NCBI GenBank assembly: GCA_964555245.1
Contig: CAZKRI010000024.1
Coordinates: 12,305-76,304, forward strand
Origin: an uncultured Myxococcales bacterium
GTDB lineage: Bacteria > Desulfobacterota > Binatia > UBA1149 > SPBQ01
Direction: 5' to 3'
DNA: 64,000 bases
The notes under the pieces were generated by a model. That model ran no database searches, was not told the DNA's origin, and saw nothing but the letters and a program-made list of their open reading frames with translations. Positions 51,099 to 62,966 of the stretch are shown piece by piece (the first letter of the stretch is position 1; every line of letters begins with the position of its first letter). Position numbers and translations under genes: made by a program.

Positions 51099-51199
51099 TC
51101 GAGAGGTGTGAATTCGAGGGATCTATGTCAGTCTTGCCGCAACCCGCGTAGCGATCGGCCCGACCAACGGCACGGGGGCGGCTGCGGGTCCTAGAGGGG

Positions 51200-52420
51200 T
51201 TGATGACACACGCGGTCAAGCCACAGCATATGCGCAGTTCACGTGTCGCGGTCGTTCAGTTCGCGCCGATGCTCGGTGATCTCGAGAGCAACCTGAATGC
51301 CCACCGCGAGGCGATCGAGCGCGCGCGCGGTCAGGAAGCAGGTCTGGTGGTCTTCCCCGAGCTCAGCCTGACCGGCTATCGGCTCAAGGACATGGTTCCC
51401 GAGGTCGCCGTCCGCCGCGATGGCGACCTGTCGACCGAGGTTGCGGCTCTATCGACGGGGATTTCGCTGGTGGTCGGGTTCGTCGAGGAAAGCCCCGAGC
51501 ACCACTTCTACAACTCTGCGGCGTACTTCGAGGACGGCCGGCTTGTCCAAGTACACCGCAAGGTTTACCTGCCGACCTACGGCATGTTCGACGAGCAACG
51601 CTATTTCGCGCGTGGCAATCGCATTGCCGCTTTCGGGACACGTCACGGTCGAATGGCGATCCTGATCTGTGAAGACATGCTTCATCCCACCGCCCTTACG
51701 CTGGCGGCGTTGGACGGGGCCTCGACCATCCTAGTTCCCTCGGCGAGTCCCGCGCGTGGAGTGGTCGGAGAGGGAGAGGTGGACGCCAACGGCAAGCATT
51801 GGGAATCCTACGGCCGCGCGATGGCGCGCACCCTGGGCGTGCACGTCGTCTATGCCAACCGCGTCGGAGTCGAAGACGGTCACACCTTCTGGGGTGGCTC
51901 CGAAATCATCGGTCCGGACGGGGTGCCGATGGCGAAAGCCGCTTACTACGACCCCGATTTCATCGTTGCCGAGCTCACCGAAGACGCGGTCCGACGTCGG
52001 CGTTTGCAGTCGCCGGTGCTGCGCGACGAGGACCTCGACCTGACGATCAACGAGCTAATCCGTGTCCGCGGCCGGCCGGAACACAAGCCGATGGTCGCGG
52101 ATCGTGGTGACCATGCGCCGCGCGGTGGACCGCCTCCCAATCGCGGCCGGCACGGGGGTCCGCCGCCGCCGCCCCCTCCACAGCAGGGACGACCGGGCCG
52201 CGGCCGGCCGCCCGAACGTCGTCGCCGAGGCCAACGACACGAGCAGCGCAGGCCCGAGTTCAACGATCCGCAACGCGGCGTGGAAGCGATGGATCCAGAG
52301 CGTCGGCGCCAGCAGGTCGCAGAGCGGTTCAAGCCGGAGCCGGGCGAACGGAAACCTCGCCCGATCGACCCGAGTCGCGCCATCTCGCCAGGTGATGATC
52401 CGGGTGACGATCTTCCGTGA
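51200..52420 (+). CDS. carbon-nitrogen hydrolase family protein (probable glutaminase subunit of split NAD synthetase) with Arg/Pro-rich C-terminal tail
   Basis: CN-hydrolase E-K-C triad contexts: [29 protein letters not shown]. The roughly 120-aa C-terminal tail is low-complexity ([43 protein letters not shown]...). Its stop overlaps the nadE start (ATGA). Confidence 0.75.
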   Translation: MMTHAVKPQHMRSSRVAVVQFAPMLGDLESNLNAHREAIERARGQEAGLVVFPELSLTGYRLKDMVPEVAVRRDGDLSTEVAALSTGISLVVGFVEESPEHHFYNSAAYFEDGRLVQVHRKVYLPTYGMFDEQRYFARGNRIAAFGTRHGRMAILICEDMLHPTALTLAALDGASTILVPSASPARGVVGEGEVDANGKHWESYGRAMARTLGVHVVYANRVGVEDGHTFWGGSEIIGPDGVPMAKAAYYDPDFIVAELTEDAVRRRRLQSPVLRDEDLDLTINELIRVRGRPEHKPMVADRGDHAPRGGPPPNRGRHGGPPPPPPPQQGRPGRGRPPERRRRGQRHEQRRPEFNDPQRGVEAMDPERRRQQVAERFKPEPGERKPRPIDPSRAISPGDDPGDDLP

Positions 52421-53289
52421 GCCCCCGGCGTAGGGCGGCCAAGCCGGAGCCCCCGGAGTCTTCGTTTCCTGCTTTTCCACCGACCAACTATCCGTTGGTC
52501 GAACGAATCCTCGTCGACTTCGTGGCGCGCGAGGTGACCAAGGTGGGCGTCCAACGGGTGGTGGTCGGGCTTTCGGGGGGTGTCGATTCCGCGGTTTCCG
52601 CGATGCTCGCGGCCCGTGCGCTGGGGCCGGACAACGTTGGCGGTCTACTCATGCCGTACGCGACCTCGAGCCGCGACAGCGTACGCGACGCGCAGGCGGT
52701 GGCGCGCGCGTGTGGTATACGGACGCAAAAGATCGAGATCACGCAGCAGATCGACGCGTATTTCGAGAGCTTCGCCGACGCGACGCCTCTGAGGCGAGGC
52801 AACAAGATGGCTCGGGAACGGATGAGCATCCTTTACGATCAGTCTGCGGCTCAGTCGGCGCTCGTCCTCGGGACCTCCAACAAGACCGAACTGCTGCTGG
52901 GATACGGAACGCTCTACGGTGACATGGCTTCGGCGGTCAACCCGCTCGGCGACCTCTACAAGACCCAGGTCTGGGGGCTCGCCGCGCACCTCGGGTTACC
53001 CGACAAGGTGGTGTCGAAGGCGCCGACGGCCGACCTGTGGGAAGGTCAGACCGATGAAGAGGAGCTCGGGTTCGGCTACCGCGAGGTGGACGCGTTGCTC
53101 TATCACATGATCGACGAACGCTGCCGTGACGGCGAGCTGGAGGCGATGGGCTTCCAGCCCGACTTCAACCGGCGCGTCCGGTTGATGGTCCAAAACTCCC
53201 AATACAAGCGACGTCTGCCCGTCATCGCCAAGCTCTCCGCACGGACCATCGACGCGGACTTCCGCTACGCCCGAGATTGGGGCAGATAG
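52417..53289 (+). CDS. nadE: NAD+ synthetase (synthetase domain only)
   Basis: 290 aa. PP-loop [34 protein letters not shown], and a C-terminal KRRLP motif. Confidence 0.9.
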   Translation: MSPRRRAAKPEPPESSFPAFPPTNYPLVERILVDFVAREVTKVGVQRVVVGLSGGVDSAVSAMLAARALGPDNVGGLLMPYATSSRDSVRDAQAVARACGIRTQKIEITQQIDAYFESFADATPLRRGNKMARERMSILYDQSAAQSALVLGTSNKTELLLGYGTLYGDMASAVNPLGDLYKTQVWGLAAHLGLPDKVVSKAPTADLWEGQTDEEELGFGYREVDALLYHMIDERCRDGELEAMGFQPDFNRRVRLMVQNSQYKRRLPVIAKLSARTIDADFRYARDWGR

Positions 53290-53292
53290 CCG

Positions 53293-54111
53293 TTGGCCGG
53301 TACGGGGAAGCTCTATGTCGTAGCGACCCCGATTGGGAACCTCGGCGACCTCTCCCCACGCGCGGCGCGCACCCTGGCCGCGGTCGATCTGGTCGCGGCG
53401 GAAGACACCAGGGTAACACGCCGGTTATTGGCAGCGGCGGGCGTTCAGGCGAAGCTGCTCAGCTACCGCGATCACAATGAGCGACGGCTCGCGCCGCAGT
53501 TGGTTGAGCAGCTGCGAGCCGGCCGCTCCATGGCTCTGGTCAGCGACGCGGGCACGCCCTCGATCTCGGATCCGGGATACCGGCTGGTTGCCGCCGCTGC
53601 GGCTGCTGGCATCGAGGTCGTGGCGGTCCCGGGCCCTAGCGCGGTGATCGCGCTCCTGTCGATCAGCGGGCTTCCCACCGACCGCTTCGCCTTCGAGGGC
53701 TTTTTGCCTTCGGGTGCGGGCGCACGCCGTGCAGCCATCCGCGCGTGGCCCGCCGATGGCAGGACGGTGGTGGTCTACGAGTCACCCCGGCGAATCACCG
53801 GGCTGCTGCGGGACGTCGTGGCCCTGCGCGCAGACCCCCTGGTAGCCGTCGGTCGCGAACTGACGAAACACTACGAGGAAGTCTTGCGCGGTCGCGCCAG
53901 CGACGTCTCGACGCGGCTTGCCGCGAGGGAGACGCGCGGCGAGTTCGTGGTTGCGGTGCATCTCGCGGCCGACCCGCGGCCGGCCGGCTCCGCTGAGGCC
54001 GAGGTCCGGTCGCTTCTTGCCGCAGGCTTCAGCGCGCGCGACGTTGCCGCACGGTTCAAAGGCCGCGTGCCGCGCCGCCGCATCTACGAGATGGCGAAAC
54101 AGAGAGACTGA
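53293..54111 (+). CDS. rsmI: 16S rRNA (cytidine1402-2'-O)-methyltransferase
   Basis: 272 aa. LYVVATPIGNLGDLSPRA, AAEDTRVTRRLL, VSDAGTPSISDPG are tetrapyrrole-methylase-fold RsmI motifs. Confidence 0.9.
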   Translation: MAGTGKLYVVATPIGNLGDLSPRAARTLAAVDLVAAEDTRVTRRLLAAAGVQAKLLSYRDHNERRLAPQLVEQLRAGRSMALVSDAGTPSISDPGYRLVAAAAAAGIEVVAVPGPSAVIALLSISGLPTDRFAFEGFLPSGAGARRAAIRAWPADGRTVVVYESPRRITGLLRDVVALRADPLVAVGRELTKHYEEVLRGRASDVSTRLAARETRGEFVVAVHLAADPRPAGSAEAEVRSLLAAGFSARDVAARFKGRVPRRRIYEMAKQRD

Positions 54112-54159
54112 ACCGGTTACGGTTTGAACGACGCTGCTATCCACGCCTGGCTGCCTCCC

Positions 54160-56495
<2,336 letters not shown>

Positions 56496-56615
56496 CTATG
56501 ACACCCATGGCGTTGGCGCGCGGGGCCGAAGGATCTAAGCATGTCGCGCCTTCGGGCCCCGTCGCGATGCGAGAGCGCGTGCGAACCAGCGGCCCGAGGC
56601 GAGGAGGAAGACGAA

Positions 56616-56930
56616 ATGACGCAAACGATCCCGTTTCGGGTGGTTACGCAGAGCCGTGTCCTACGGGCGGCACTCCTTGCGGCGGCCATGGTTTGGTTCC
56701 CGCTGGCAAGTGGGCTGGCCGCAGATCGGCTCGACGTCAATCAGGCCACGGTTGAGCAACTCGCCACGCTTCCCGGCATTGGTCCGGCAAAAGCTGCGGC
56801 CATCGTCGACGAACGCACGCGTAAGCCGTTCACGAGCGTCGACGATCTGGAGCGTGTCAAGGGAATCGGGCCGGCGCTGATCGCTCAGCTCCGTGATCAC
56901 GTCGTGGCTGCGCCGAGCCAGTCTCAGTAG
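56616..56930 (+). CDS. comEA: ComEA-family helix-hairpin-helix DNA-binding protein
   Basis: Signal or anchor helix (AALLAAAMVWFPLASGLA). Tandem HhH motifs LDVNQATVEQLATLPGIGPAKAAAIV and LERVKGIGPALI. GAGGAGG RBS before the ATG at 56616. The track ORF starts at 56541. Confidence 0.7.
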   Translation: MTQTIPFRVVTQSRVLRAALLAAAMVWFPLASGLAADRLDVNQATVEQLATLPGIGPAKAAAIVDERTRKPFTSVDDLERVKGIGPALIAQLRDHVVAAPSQSQ

Positions 56931-56994
56931 GCTCGGCAATCCGGCAGCGGCCCAGAGACGGACTGACGTCTCTTGGCCTCTGCTGGGCCACGTC

Positions 56995-57363
56995 TCAACC
57001 GATCAGTCTCTCGAGCAGCGCGATCAGGGCTGGCGGGCGGAACGGCTTCGCGAGCACCGGCCTACCCATACGCTCGGCCAAGTGCGAACCGCGCCCGCCA
57101 CCGAGGTCTCCGGTGATGACGATGGTCCGCGCGAATGCCTCGGGATACTCGGCGGCAAGCCGCTCTAGGAACGCCGCGCCGGAGACGTCGTACAGGTTCC
57201 AGTCGAGCACCACGGCATCATACGCGCTGACCGCCAGACAACCCGTGGCCTGGTTGGCCGAGGCCGCCTCCTCGATGTTCGCGCCGGTGCCGCGCAGCGC
57301 GAGCAACAGCATGCGCCGCACATCGGGGTCGTCCTCGATGACCAGAATTCGCTTGCCCTTCAT
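56995..57363 (-). CDS. single-domain response regulator (CheY-like receiver)
   Basis: 122 aa. RILVIEDDPDVRRML, phospho-acceptor context AVVLDWNLYDVSG, and a conserved Lys in PVLAKPF. Confidence 0.85.
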   Translation of the reverse strand: MKGKRILVIEDDPDVRRMLLLALRGTGANIEEAASANQATGCLAVSAYDAVVLDWNLYDVSGAAFLERLAAEYPEAFARTIVITGDLGGGRGSHLAERMGRPVLAKPFRPPALIALLERLIG

Positions 57364-57369
57364 GGGAGG

Positions 57370-57768
57370 CTAGTACAGGAGCTGCTTGAGTCGAATCAGA
57401 TTCTGAACTTCCGCATTGAGCTCGAGCAGCTGGTCGATCAGTGTGCGAGTGTCGGCTCGAGCCCGTTCGATGACCTCCGAGGAGACGGGTGCAACGGCGG
57501 CCGCGACGCGCTCGATCCAAACGGCCAGCCCATCGAGCCCGTCCTGGACCTGGAGCTTTCCGTCGAGCGCGTGGAGCGCTACTGCGAGGCGATCGGCAGA
57601 GGAAAGAACAGACTCGCGCCCGGTCGACGGCACCGGCCGCAGATTCGGTGTCCGCGGATTGTCACCTTCTGCCATCAGGTTCCGGGCACCCGTGCCCGGC
57701 TCTGGGGAGCTTATAGTGGCTCGGAGCGGGTCAGACCAGCGAAACGTTTCCTCAGGGTGGAAAATCAC
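57370..57768 (-). CDS. hypothetical protein (possibly shorter; candidate helical phosphotransfer-like partner of the response regulator)
   Basis: 132-aa ORF ending 7 nt before the response-regulator start. Helical C-terminal half (RADTRTLIDQLLELNAEVQNLIRLKQLLY). No canonical HxxKG motif. Confidence 0.35.
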   Translation of the reverse strand: MIFHPEETFRWSDPLRATISSPEPGTGARNLMAEGDNPRTPNLRPVPSTGRESVLSSADRLAVALHALDGKLQVQDGLDGLAVWIERVAAAVAPVSSEVIERARADTRTLIDQLLELNAEVQNLIRLKQLLY

Positions 57769-58894
57769 CGATGGCGATGTCGTTTGGGAAGCTACCGCTG
57801 AACCGCAACGTGCTGCTCGACGGAAACTTGGTCGGTATGCCGCCGGGGTTCAGAATGTATGCGTCGATGCGGTCTCGGCCCGCCGCAGCGACGTAGAGCA
57901 CGCCGCTGTCGATTTCGATGCCGGTGGGGAACAGTCCGGTATCGCCCTGCGTGAAGGCGATCGGGGCGTCGTCGAGCAGGGTTCCATCCGTTGGGTCCAC
58001 TTGGAACAGGTCGATGCGGCCCCGGTTGAAACCGCTAGCGTACAGAAGCCCATCCACGAGCTCCAGCTCGACGTAACTTTCGGTTCCACGGGTCTCGCTC
58101 GACGGATCTTCGGGGAGCAGACCGTTCGCCTGAACGGGAAACGTGAGGAGCCGTTCCTCGAACCCGTCGGCGGCGTAGATGATGCCGTCGTTGAAAAGGA
58201 GATCATCGGGAAAGTCGATATCGGGCTCCGGGTCCTGAGGCTCGGGTTCGACCCCGAGCAAGCCGCCGGGGAGGATCAGGTACGTGTCGATGGTTCGGTC
58301 GTTCAACTGTCCGCCGTAGACGAAGCCATCTCCGACAGCGACGCTTCGGTAGTCGCTGACGCCCGTACCGCTGATCGAGATCGGTACCGGAGAGACCTGC
58401 CCCTGCTCGAGGCGGTAGGCATTGATGGTGAGCAAATTCTCGAAGGCCACGTACAGAACCCCGTCGGCAAGCGCGAAGTCCAGAGGGTTGCTTTCGAGAA
58501 TCGGATCCGTCGTCGCGGTAGCGGCGGGCGGCAGGCTTCCGTCGGCTGCAAGTTCGAAGGACACCACCCGGTCGTTGAGGGCGACGAAAAGGACCCCGTC
58601 GTTGAGCAACAGACGGCGGGGGTTTTCGGCCGGGGCTTGGCTGAAGGGGGTGCCCGGCAGCAGGCCGTCGGCGCCCAACCGATAGGCGACCACGAGATTT
58701 CCCTGGCCGAAGGAGGCATACAACACCTTGTTGCCCGGTGGTGCGCCGGTCTGCGGACCGCCGGGCAGTTCGCGCTCGGTGCCATTGCCGGCGCCGCATC
58801 CGGCTGCGATCAAGCCGGCGAACGCCAGGCCGAGGTGCCGCCTCGAGCATGGGCGCCGAGCCTGCTGCGGAAGCTCACGCATGGCGTGCAGCAT
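57752..58894 (-). CDS. lipoprotein with beta-propeller (lactonase/YVTN-like) repeats
   Basis: Lipobox LIAAGC after an Arg-rich n-region, with the start taken at the internal Met (MLHAMREL). Repeated blade-like segments (DGVLFVALND, DGVLYVAFEN, DGFVYGGQLND, DGIIYAADG, DGLLYASGFN, SGVLYVAAAG). The track ORF extends to 59119. Confidence 0.6.
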   Translation of the reverse strand: MLHAMRELPQQARRPCSRRHLGLAFAGLIAAGCGAGNGTERELPGGPQTGAPPGNKVLYASFGQGNLVVAYRLGADGLLPGTPFSQAPAENPRRLLLNDGVLFVALNDRVVSFELAADGSLPPAATATTDPILESNPLDFALADGVLYVAFENLLTINAYRLEQGQVSPVPISISGTGVSDYRSVAVGDGFVYGGQLNDRTIDTYLILPGGLLGVEPEPQDPEPDIDFPDDLLFNDGIIYAADGFEERLLTFPVQANGLLPEDPSSETRGTESYVELELVDGLLYASGFNRGRIDLFQVDPTDGTLLDDAPIAFTQGDTGLFPTGIEIDSGVLYVAAAGRDRIDAYILNPGGIPTKFPSSSTLRFSGSFPNDIAIGDFPP

Positions 58895-58978
58895 TAACGA
58901 AGGCGGGAGGGGCTGTCCAACTCCCAGGGCAGGACCGAGCGCCGTTGCAGCGGCCACGCACGCCCCTATCATCGACTC

Positions 58979-59527
58979 GTGGAGCGGTGCACGTACGATC
59001 CGGGAGCCTGGAACCTCGTCATCGTCGCTCGCGATGGCATGACTGGTACGGTGCATCGGCGGCTGGCGACGGTGGCGCGAGCACGTTCCACGCCCTACCG
59101 CGGTGTGCTGATCGGTCAAGTGGGTGCGGATCCCCTATCCTGGCTATCGGAGACCTGGAAGGCGGAGGCAGAGCTGTTTCGCGACGTGGTTCGCATTACG
59201 CCCGTCCAAGGCAGGTTCCGGTTCGAGCGCGATGACGTGACGGAGATCCTCTGCGAAGCGCTGGCACTGCGCGCCGAAGCGCCTCTCGGGAACACGTTCT
59301 ACGTGCGCGCGCGGCTGCGCGGTCTCGACGGACGCCTGGAAGCGCGCGCAGTCGAGCGTGCCGTGGGGGCGTTTCTCCAGGAGCAGGCGTCGACCGCCGG
59401 GCGCCCAGCGGCGGTGCGCTTCGACGACCCGGATACCGTCGTTGCAATCGAGGTGGTCGGCCGTCAGGTCGGCTACGGACTCCTGGACCGCCATACACGC
59501 TTGCTACCGATGGTTCGGCCGCGCTAG
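58979..59527 (+). CDS. THUMP domain-containing protein
   Basis: 182 aa. The central region (FRDVVRITPVQGRFRFERDDVTE...FYVRARLRGLDGRLEARAVERAVGAFL...VVAIEVVGRQVGYG) resembles the THUMP fold found in ThiI and tRNA methyltransferases. The start is uncertain. Confidence 0.5.
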   Translation: MERCTYDPGAWNLVIVARDGMTGTVHRRLATVARARSTPYRGVLIGQVGADPLSWLSETWKAEAELFRDVVRITPVQGRFRFERDDVTEILCEALALRAEAPLGNTFYVRARLRGLDGRLEARAVERAVGAFLQEQASTAGRPAAVRFDDPDTVVAIEVVGRQVGYGLLDRHTRLLPMVRPR

Positions 59528-60546
59528 GGCGACTGCTCGGGCGCGAGCATCACCTTGATCGCTCCTCGACTTTTGTCCGCCGCGATCTCGAACGCGAGCT
59601 GCGCTTGCTCCAACGGCAGGGTGTGCGTGAGAAGCCTACTCAGCACGCTACTGCGATCGGCGAGGATCTCGAGTGCGACCTCGAAATCGGCCGCTCCGTC
59701 CCGATCGCGGCTGTACATGCTGGAGCCGACGATACGGGCCTCCTTCACCAGGAGCTTCATCGGGTCGAAGGACGGAGCGGCGTCGAACAGGCCGACCATG
59801 GCGATGGTGCCACCGCGCGCAACGCAGCTGACCCCGTCGGCCAACGTCGTCGCATGTCCCCCGACGGTCTCGATCACCGTTGCCGGCCGCGGACGGATCT
59901 GCTCGACGTCGTCGGGAGCGACGACCCGATCGGCGCCGAGCAACCGAGCCGCTTCGGCCTGCTGGCCGTAGCGGGCGGTGATTGCCACGAAGCCGGCTCC
60001 GAGCCGTTGGGCCGCGACAATGGCGAGCAAACCGACTGCGCCTGCACCGAGGATCAGCACGGCTTCGCCCGGCCTCGACTCGGCCACGCGCAGCGCGTGG
60101 ACCACGACCGCGAGGGGCTCCGCGAGGGTGCCTGCCGCCAAGTCGACCGAGGGAGGTAGCCGGAACAACGTGTACGCTGGCACGACCGTGGTCGTTGCCA
60201 TGCCGCCGGGGAGCGTTACGCCGTAGATGCCGAGTCTGCCGCACAGCTGATAGTCGCCGCGGGCACAGCGCGAGCAGCTGCCGCAGCGAGCGAGGGGCTC
60301 GACCGTGACACGGTCACCTTCGCGCCAACCCTGGACTTCGGACCCGATTGCCTCGATCGTGCCACTCATTTCGTGCCCCGGGCACGTCGGCGGGCGGTCG
60401 AGTTTTCCGCGGAACCAATGGAGGTCGCTGCCGCAGATCCCGCAGCCGGCTATCCGGATACGGACCTCGCCGATCCCCGGATCGCGGCGTGGCGCTGCGA
60501 CGGCCTCGATGTGGCGCAACCCACGCGCGCGCAACTCGAGGTTCAC
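59524..60546 (-). CDS. zinc-dependent alcohol dehydrogenase family protein (MDR)
   Basis: 340 aa. CGICGSDLH, GHEMSGTIEAIG, structural-Zn motif CGSCSRCARGDYQLC, Rossmann motif ILGAGAVG. Confidence 0.85.
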   Translation of the reverse strand: MNLELRARGLRHIEAVAAPRRDPGIGEVRIRIAGCGICGSDLHWFRGKLDRPPTCPGHEMSGTIEAIGSEVQGWREGDRVTVEPLARCGSCSRCARGDYQLCGRLGIYGVTLPGGMATTTVVPAYTLFRLPPSVDLAAGTLAEPLAVVVHALRVAESRPGEAVLILGAGAVGLLAIVAAQRLGAGFVAITARYGQQAEAARLLGADRVVAPDDVEQIRPRPATVIETVGGHATTLADGVSCVARGGTIAMVGLFDAAPSFDPMKLLVKEARIVGSSMYSRDRDGAADFEVALEILADRSSVLSRLLTHTLPLEQAQLAFEIAADKSRGAIKVMLAPEQSP

Positions 60547-60635
60547 AGCGTCTTCTCACCCTGCCCGCGGGGCAAGACAAGTCGATGGCAGTCGCGAGCG
60601 GAGCCGCGCTGTACCCCGGATGGGCTACGGGCCGG

Positions 60636-61862
60636 TCAGTTCAGCTCGGCGCTGCTGTAGCCGAGGATGCTGCGTGCGACGATCATCTGATTGATCTGCT
60701 GCGTGCCCTCGTAGATGTCGGTGATCTTCGCGTCTCGCATCCATTTCTCGAGCAGGAGCTTTCGCGAGTAACCCAGCGGGCCCATCAGTTCGACGCACTT
60801 CTGCGTCACGCGCGTGACCACCAAGCCCGCCTTCGCTTTGCACATCGAGGCCTCACGGCTGTTGCGCTCCCCGCAGTCCATCATGTTGCACGCTCGCCAT
60901 GTGAGCAGGCGCGCCGCGTGAAGCTGGGCCTCCATGTCGATGACCTCCCTCTCCAAAACGGTCATCTCCGTGACGCCGGCTTCGTAACGGATCTCGATCC
61001 CGTTCTCATGCAGCGTGTTCTTCAGAAACTCCAAGGCGGCACGCGCCACACCGATGCCGCTGGCTGCGACGATCGGACGCGTGGCATCGAAGGTCGCCAT
61101 CACTCCCTTGAACCCCGCGCGTTCTTTCTCGACGATCTCGGGTGTTCCCAGGATGTTCTCGGCAGGGATGCGCGCGTCCTCGAGCGTGATCTCGGCGGTG
61201 TCGGATGCGCGGATCCCCATCTTGTCCTCGAGCTTGGTTACTTTGACACCCGGTGTACCCGCCGGAACCACGAACGATTTGATCGCAGGCCGCCCCTTGT
61301 TCTTGTCGAGGGTCGCCCAGACCACCACGAACCCATCGGAAAGATCGAGCGCTCGATATCCCGAGGTGCAGAATATCTTCGTCCCGTTCAGCACCCATTC
61401 GTCTCCGTCCCGGCGCGCGGTGGTCGCGACCTGCTTGGAATCGGAGCCGAAGTGCGGCTCGGTGATCGCCATGGCGGCCCATCGGGGTTTGCCCTCGTGA
61501 AAATGCTTGAGAAAGCGCTCTTTCTGCTCGGGAGTTCCCGCGGCACCGATCGCCGCGCCGCCCAGTCCGGGGTTGGGGATCGAAAGATAGAGGCCAGCGT
61601 CGCCCCAGGCGAGCTCTTCAATTTGGATCGCAGCCAGCAGGGTACCCTCTGAGCGCGACCGTCGATCGCCCTTGCCATCACCCGTCATCGACGTGGCATC
61701 GCGGTTCTGCTTGGACGCGTCCCACATGGTGTTGAAAAAATCCCACGGTTCGCTGTGCTCGGCCTCGTCGAACTGCCGGGCGATCGGCCGCATCAGCGCC
61801 TCCGCGGCCAAGTGCATGAGCTCCTTCCGCTTTCGTGCTGCTTCCGAAAGGCTGAAATCCAT
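60636..61862 (-). CDS. acyl-CoA dehydrogenase family protein
   Basis: 408 aa. ITEPHFGSDSKQVATTA and WVLNGTKIFCTSG are ACAD motifs. The C-terminal region carries the YEGTQQIN Glu-base motif. Confidence 0.9.
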   Translation of the reverse strand: MDFSLSEAARKRKELMHLAAEALMRPIARQFDEAEHSEPWDFFNTMWDASKQNRDATSMTGDGKGDRRSRSEGTLLAAIQIEELAWGDAGLYLSIPNPGLGGAAIGAAGTPEQKERFLKHFHEGKPRWAAMAITEPHFGSDSKQVATTARRDGDEWVLNGTKIFCTSGYRALDLSDGFVVVWATLDKNKGRPAIKSFVVPAGTPGVKVTKLEDKMGIRASDTAEITLEDARIPAENILGTPEIVEKERAGFKGVMATFDATRPIVAASGIGVARAALEFLKNTLHENGIEIRYEAGVTEMTVLEREVIDMEAQLHAARLLTWRACNMMDCGERNSREASMCKAKAGLVVTRVTQKCVELMGPLGYSRKLLLEKWMRDAKITDIYEGTQQINQMIVARSILGYSSAELN

Positions 61863-61880
61863 CGTTTTGCTCTCCTTGGC

Positions 61881-62966
61881 TCAAACCGAGCCGAGTCCTT
61901 CGAACGTCGCGAAGCCGCGACCATTGCGCGCCCACATCTCGGCCGGATGGTCGCGGATGAACCCGTGACCGCCCAGTACCTGGATCCCGTTGTCGGTCAC
62001 CGTCATGACCATGTTGGCCGCGTAGCGGTGCGCGATCGCTACCTCGCGTTCGGCTTGCTTGCCCTGGTCAAAGAGCCACGCCGCCTCCCAGTTGAGCAAC
62101 CGCGCGGCGTCGATCTCGGTCGCCATATCGGCGAGCATGAAAGCGATGGCCTGTTTCTGGGCGACTTTGACCCCGAACACCTCGCGTTCCTTGGCATACT
62201 CGATCGCATAGGCGAGCGCGCCGGCAGCCACCCCGATGGCCATGGCCGACTGGGCCACGCGGGCGCGACGCAGCAATGGCAAGGCGTCGCCACCCAGGCG
62301 GGCCGCGGCTGGGAGCCGGCAGTCGGTGAAGGTGACTTCGTAGGTTTCCAGGCCATGGAGTCCCAGGTTCTTCTCCCGCTCCCCGACGGTCATGCCGGCG
62401 GCGCCCGCCGCTACCAGAAACGCTCCCACGACACCGTCCTGGTCGCGCGCATAGACGATAAGGAACGGAGCTTCTTTGGCTAGTGGAACCAAGCACTTAT
62501 GCCCGCTGAGTACGTAGCCGTCAGCGCTGCGCTGGGCGCTAACGCGCAGGTTCCGCACCGAGAAATCCCAGTGCGGCTCGAGCACCGCGGCCGAGCCGGG
62601 CACGAAACGCTTGCCGCAGAACGCGGGGAGTATCCGTTTTTTCTGCTCCTCGGTGCCCAGATGGAGGACCGGATCCACCACCAGTCGGGGTGAAAGCGCA
62701 TGAGCGGCTACCGCCAGATCGCCCCGGGCGAGCGCTTCGGCGATCACGGTTCCCGTCACAGCGGATTGGGCCTGTCCCTGGCCGCCGTACGCTTCCGGAA
62801 TGGATGCGGGCACCAGGCCGAGCTCCCAGATCTGGTCGATGATCCGTGTGGGGATGACACCGGTCTCGTCGGCTTCGCGGGCGAGGGGGCGAACCTGTTC
62901 GCGTGCGAAGGCGGCGACGGTTTCCTGAATCAGCTGCTGCTCTTCGTCCAGACCGAGATCGATCAT
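61881..62966 (-). CDS. acyl-CoA dehydrogenase family protein
   Basis: 361 aa. AAVLEPHWDFSVRNLRVSAQ and YVLSGHKCLVP are ACAD-fold motifs. The C-terminal domain is shortened. Tandem with the preceding ACAD gene. Confidence 0.85.
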   Translation of the reverse strand: MIDLGLDEEQQLIQETVAAFAREQVRPLAREADETGVIPTRIIDQIWELGLVPASIPEAYGGQGQAQSAVTGTVIAEALARGDLAVAAHALSPRLVVDPVLHLGTEEQKKRILPAFCGKRFVPGSAAVLEPHWDFSVRNLRVSAQRSADGYVLSGHKCLVPLAKEAPFLIVYARDQDGVVGAFLVAAGAAGMTVGEREKNLGLHGLETYEVTFTDCRLPAAARLGGDALPLLRRARVAQSAMAIGVAAGALAYAIEYAKEREVFGVKVAQKQAIAFMLADMATEIDAARLLNWEAAWLFDQGKQAEREVAIAHRYAANMVMTVTDNGIQVLGGHGFIRDHPAEMWARNGRGFATFEGLGSV

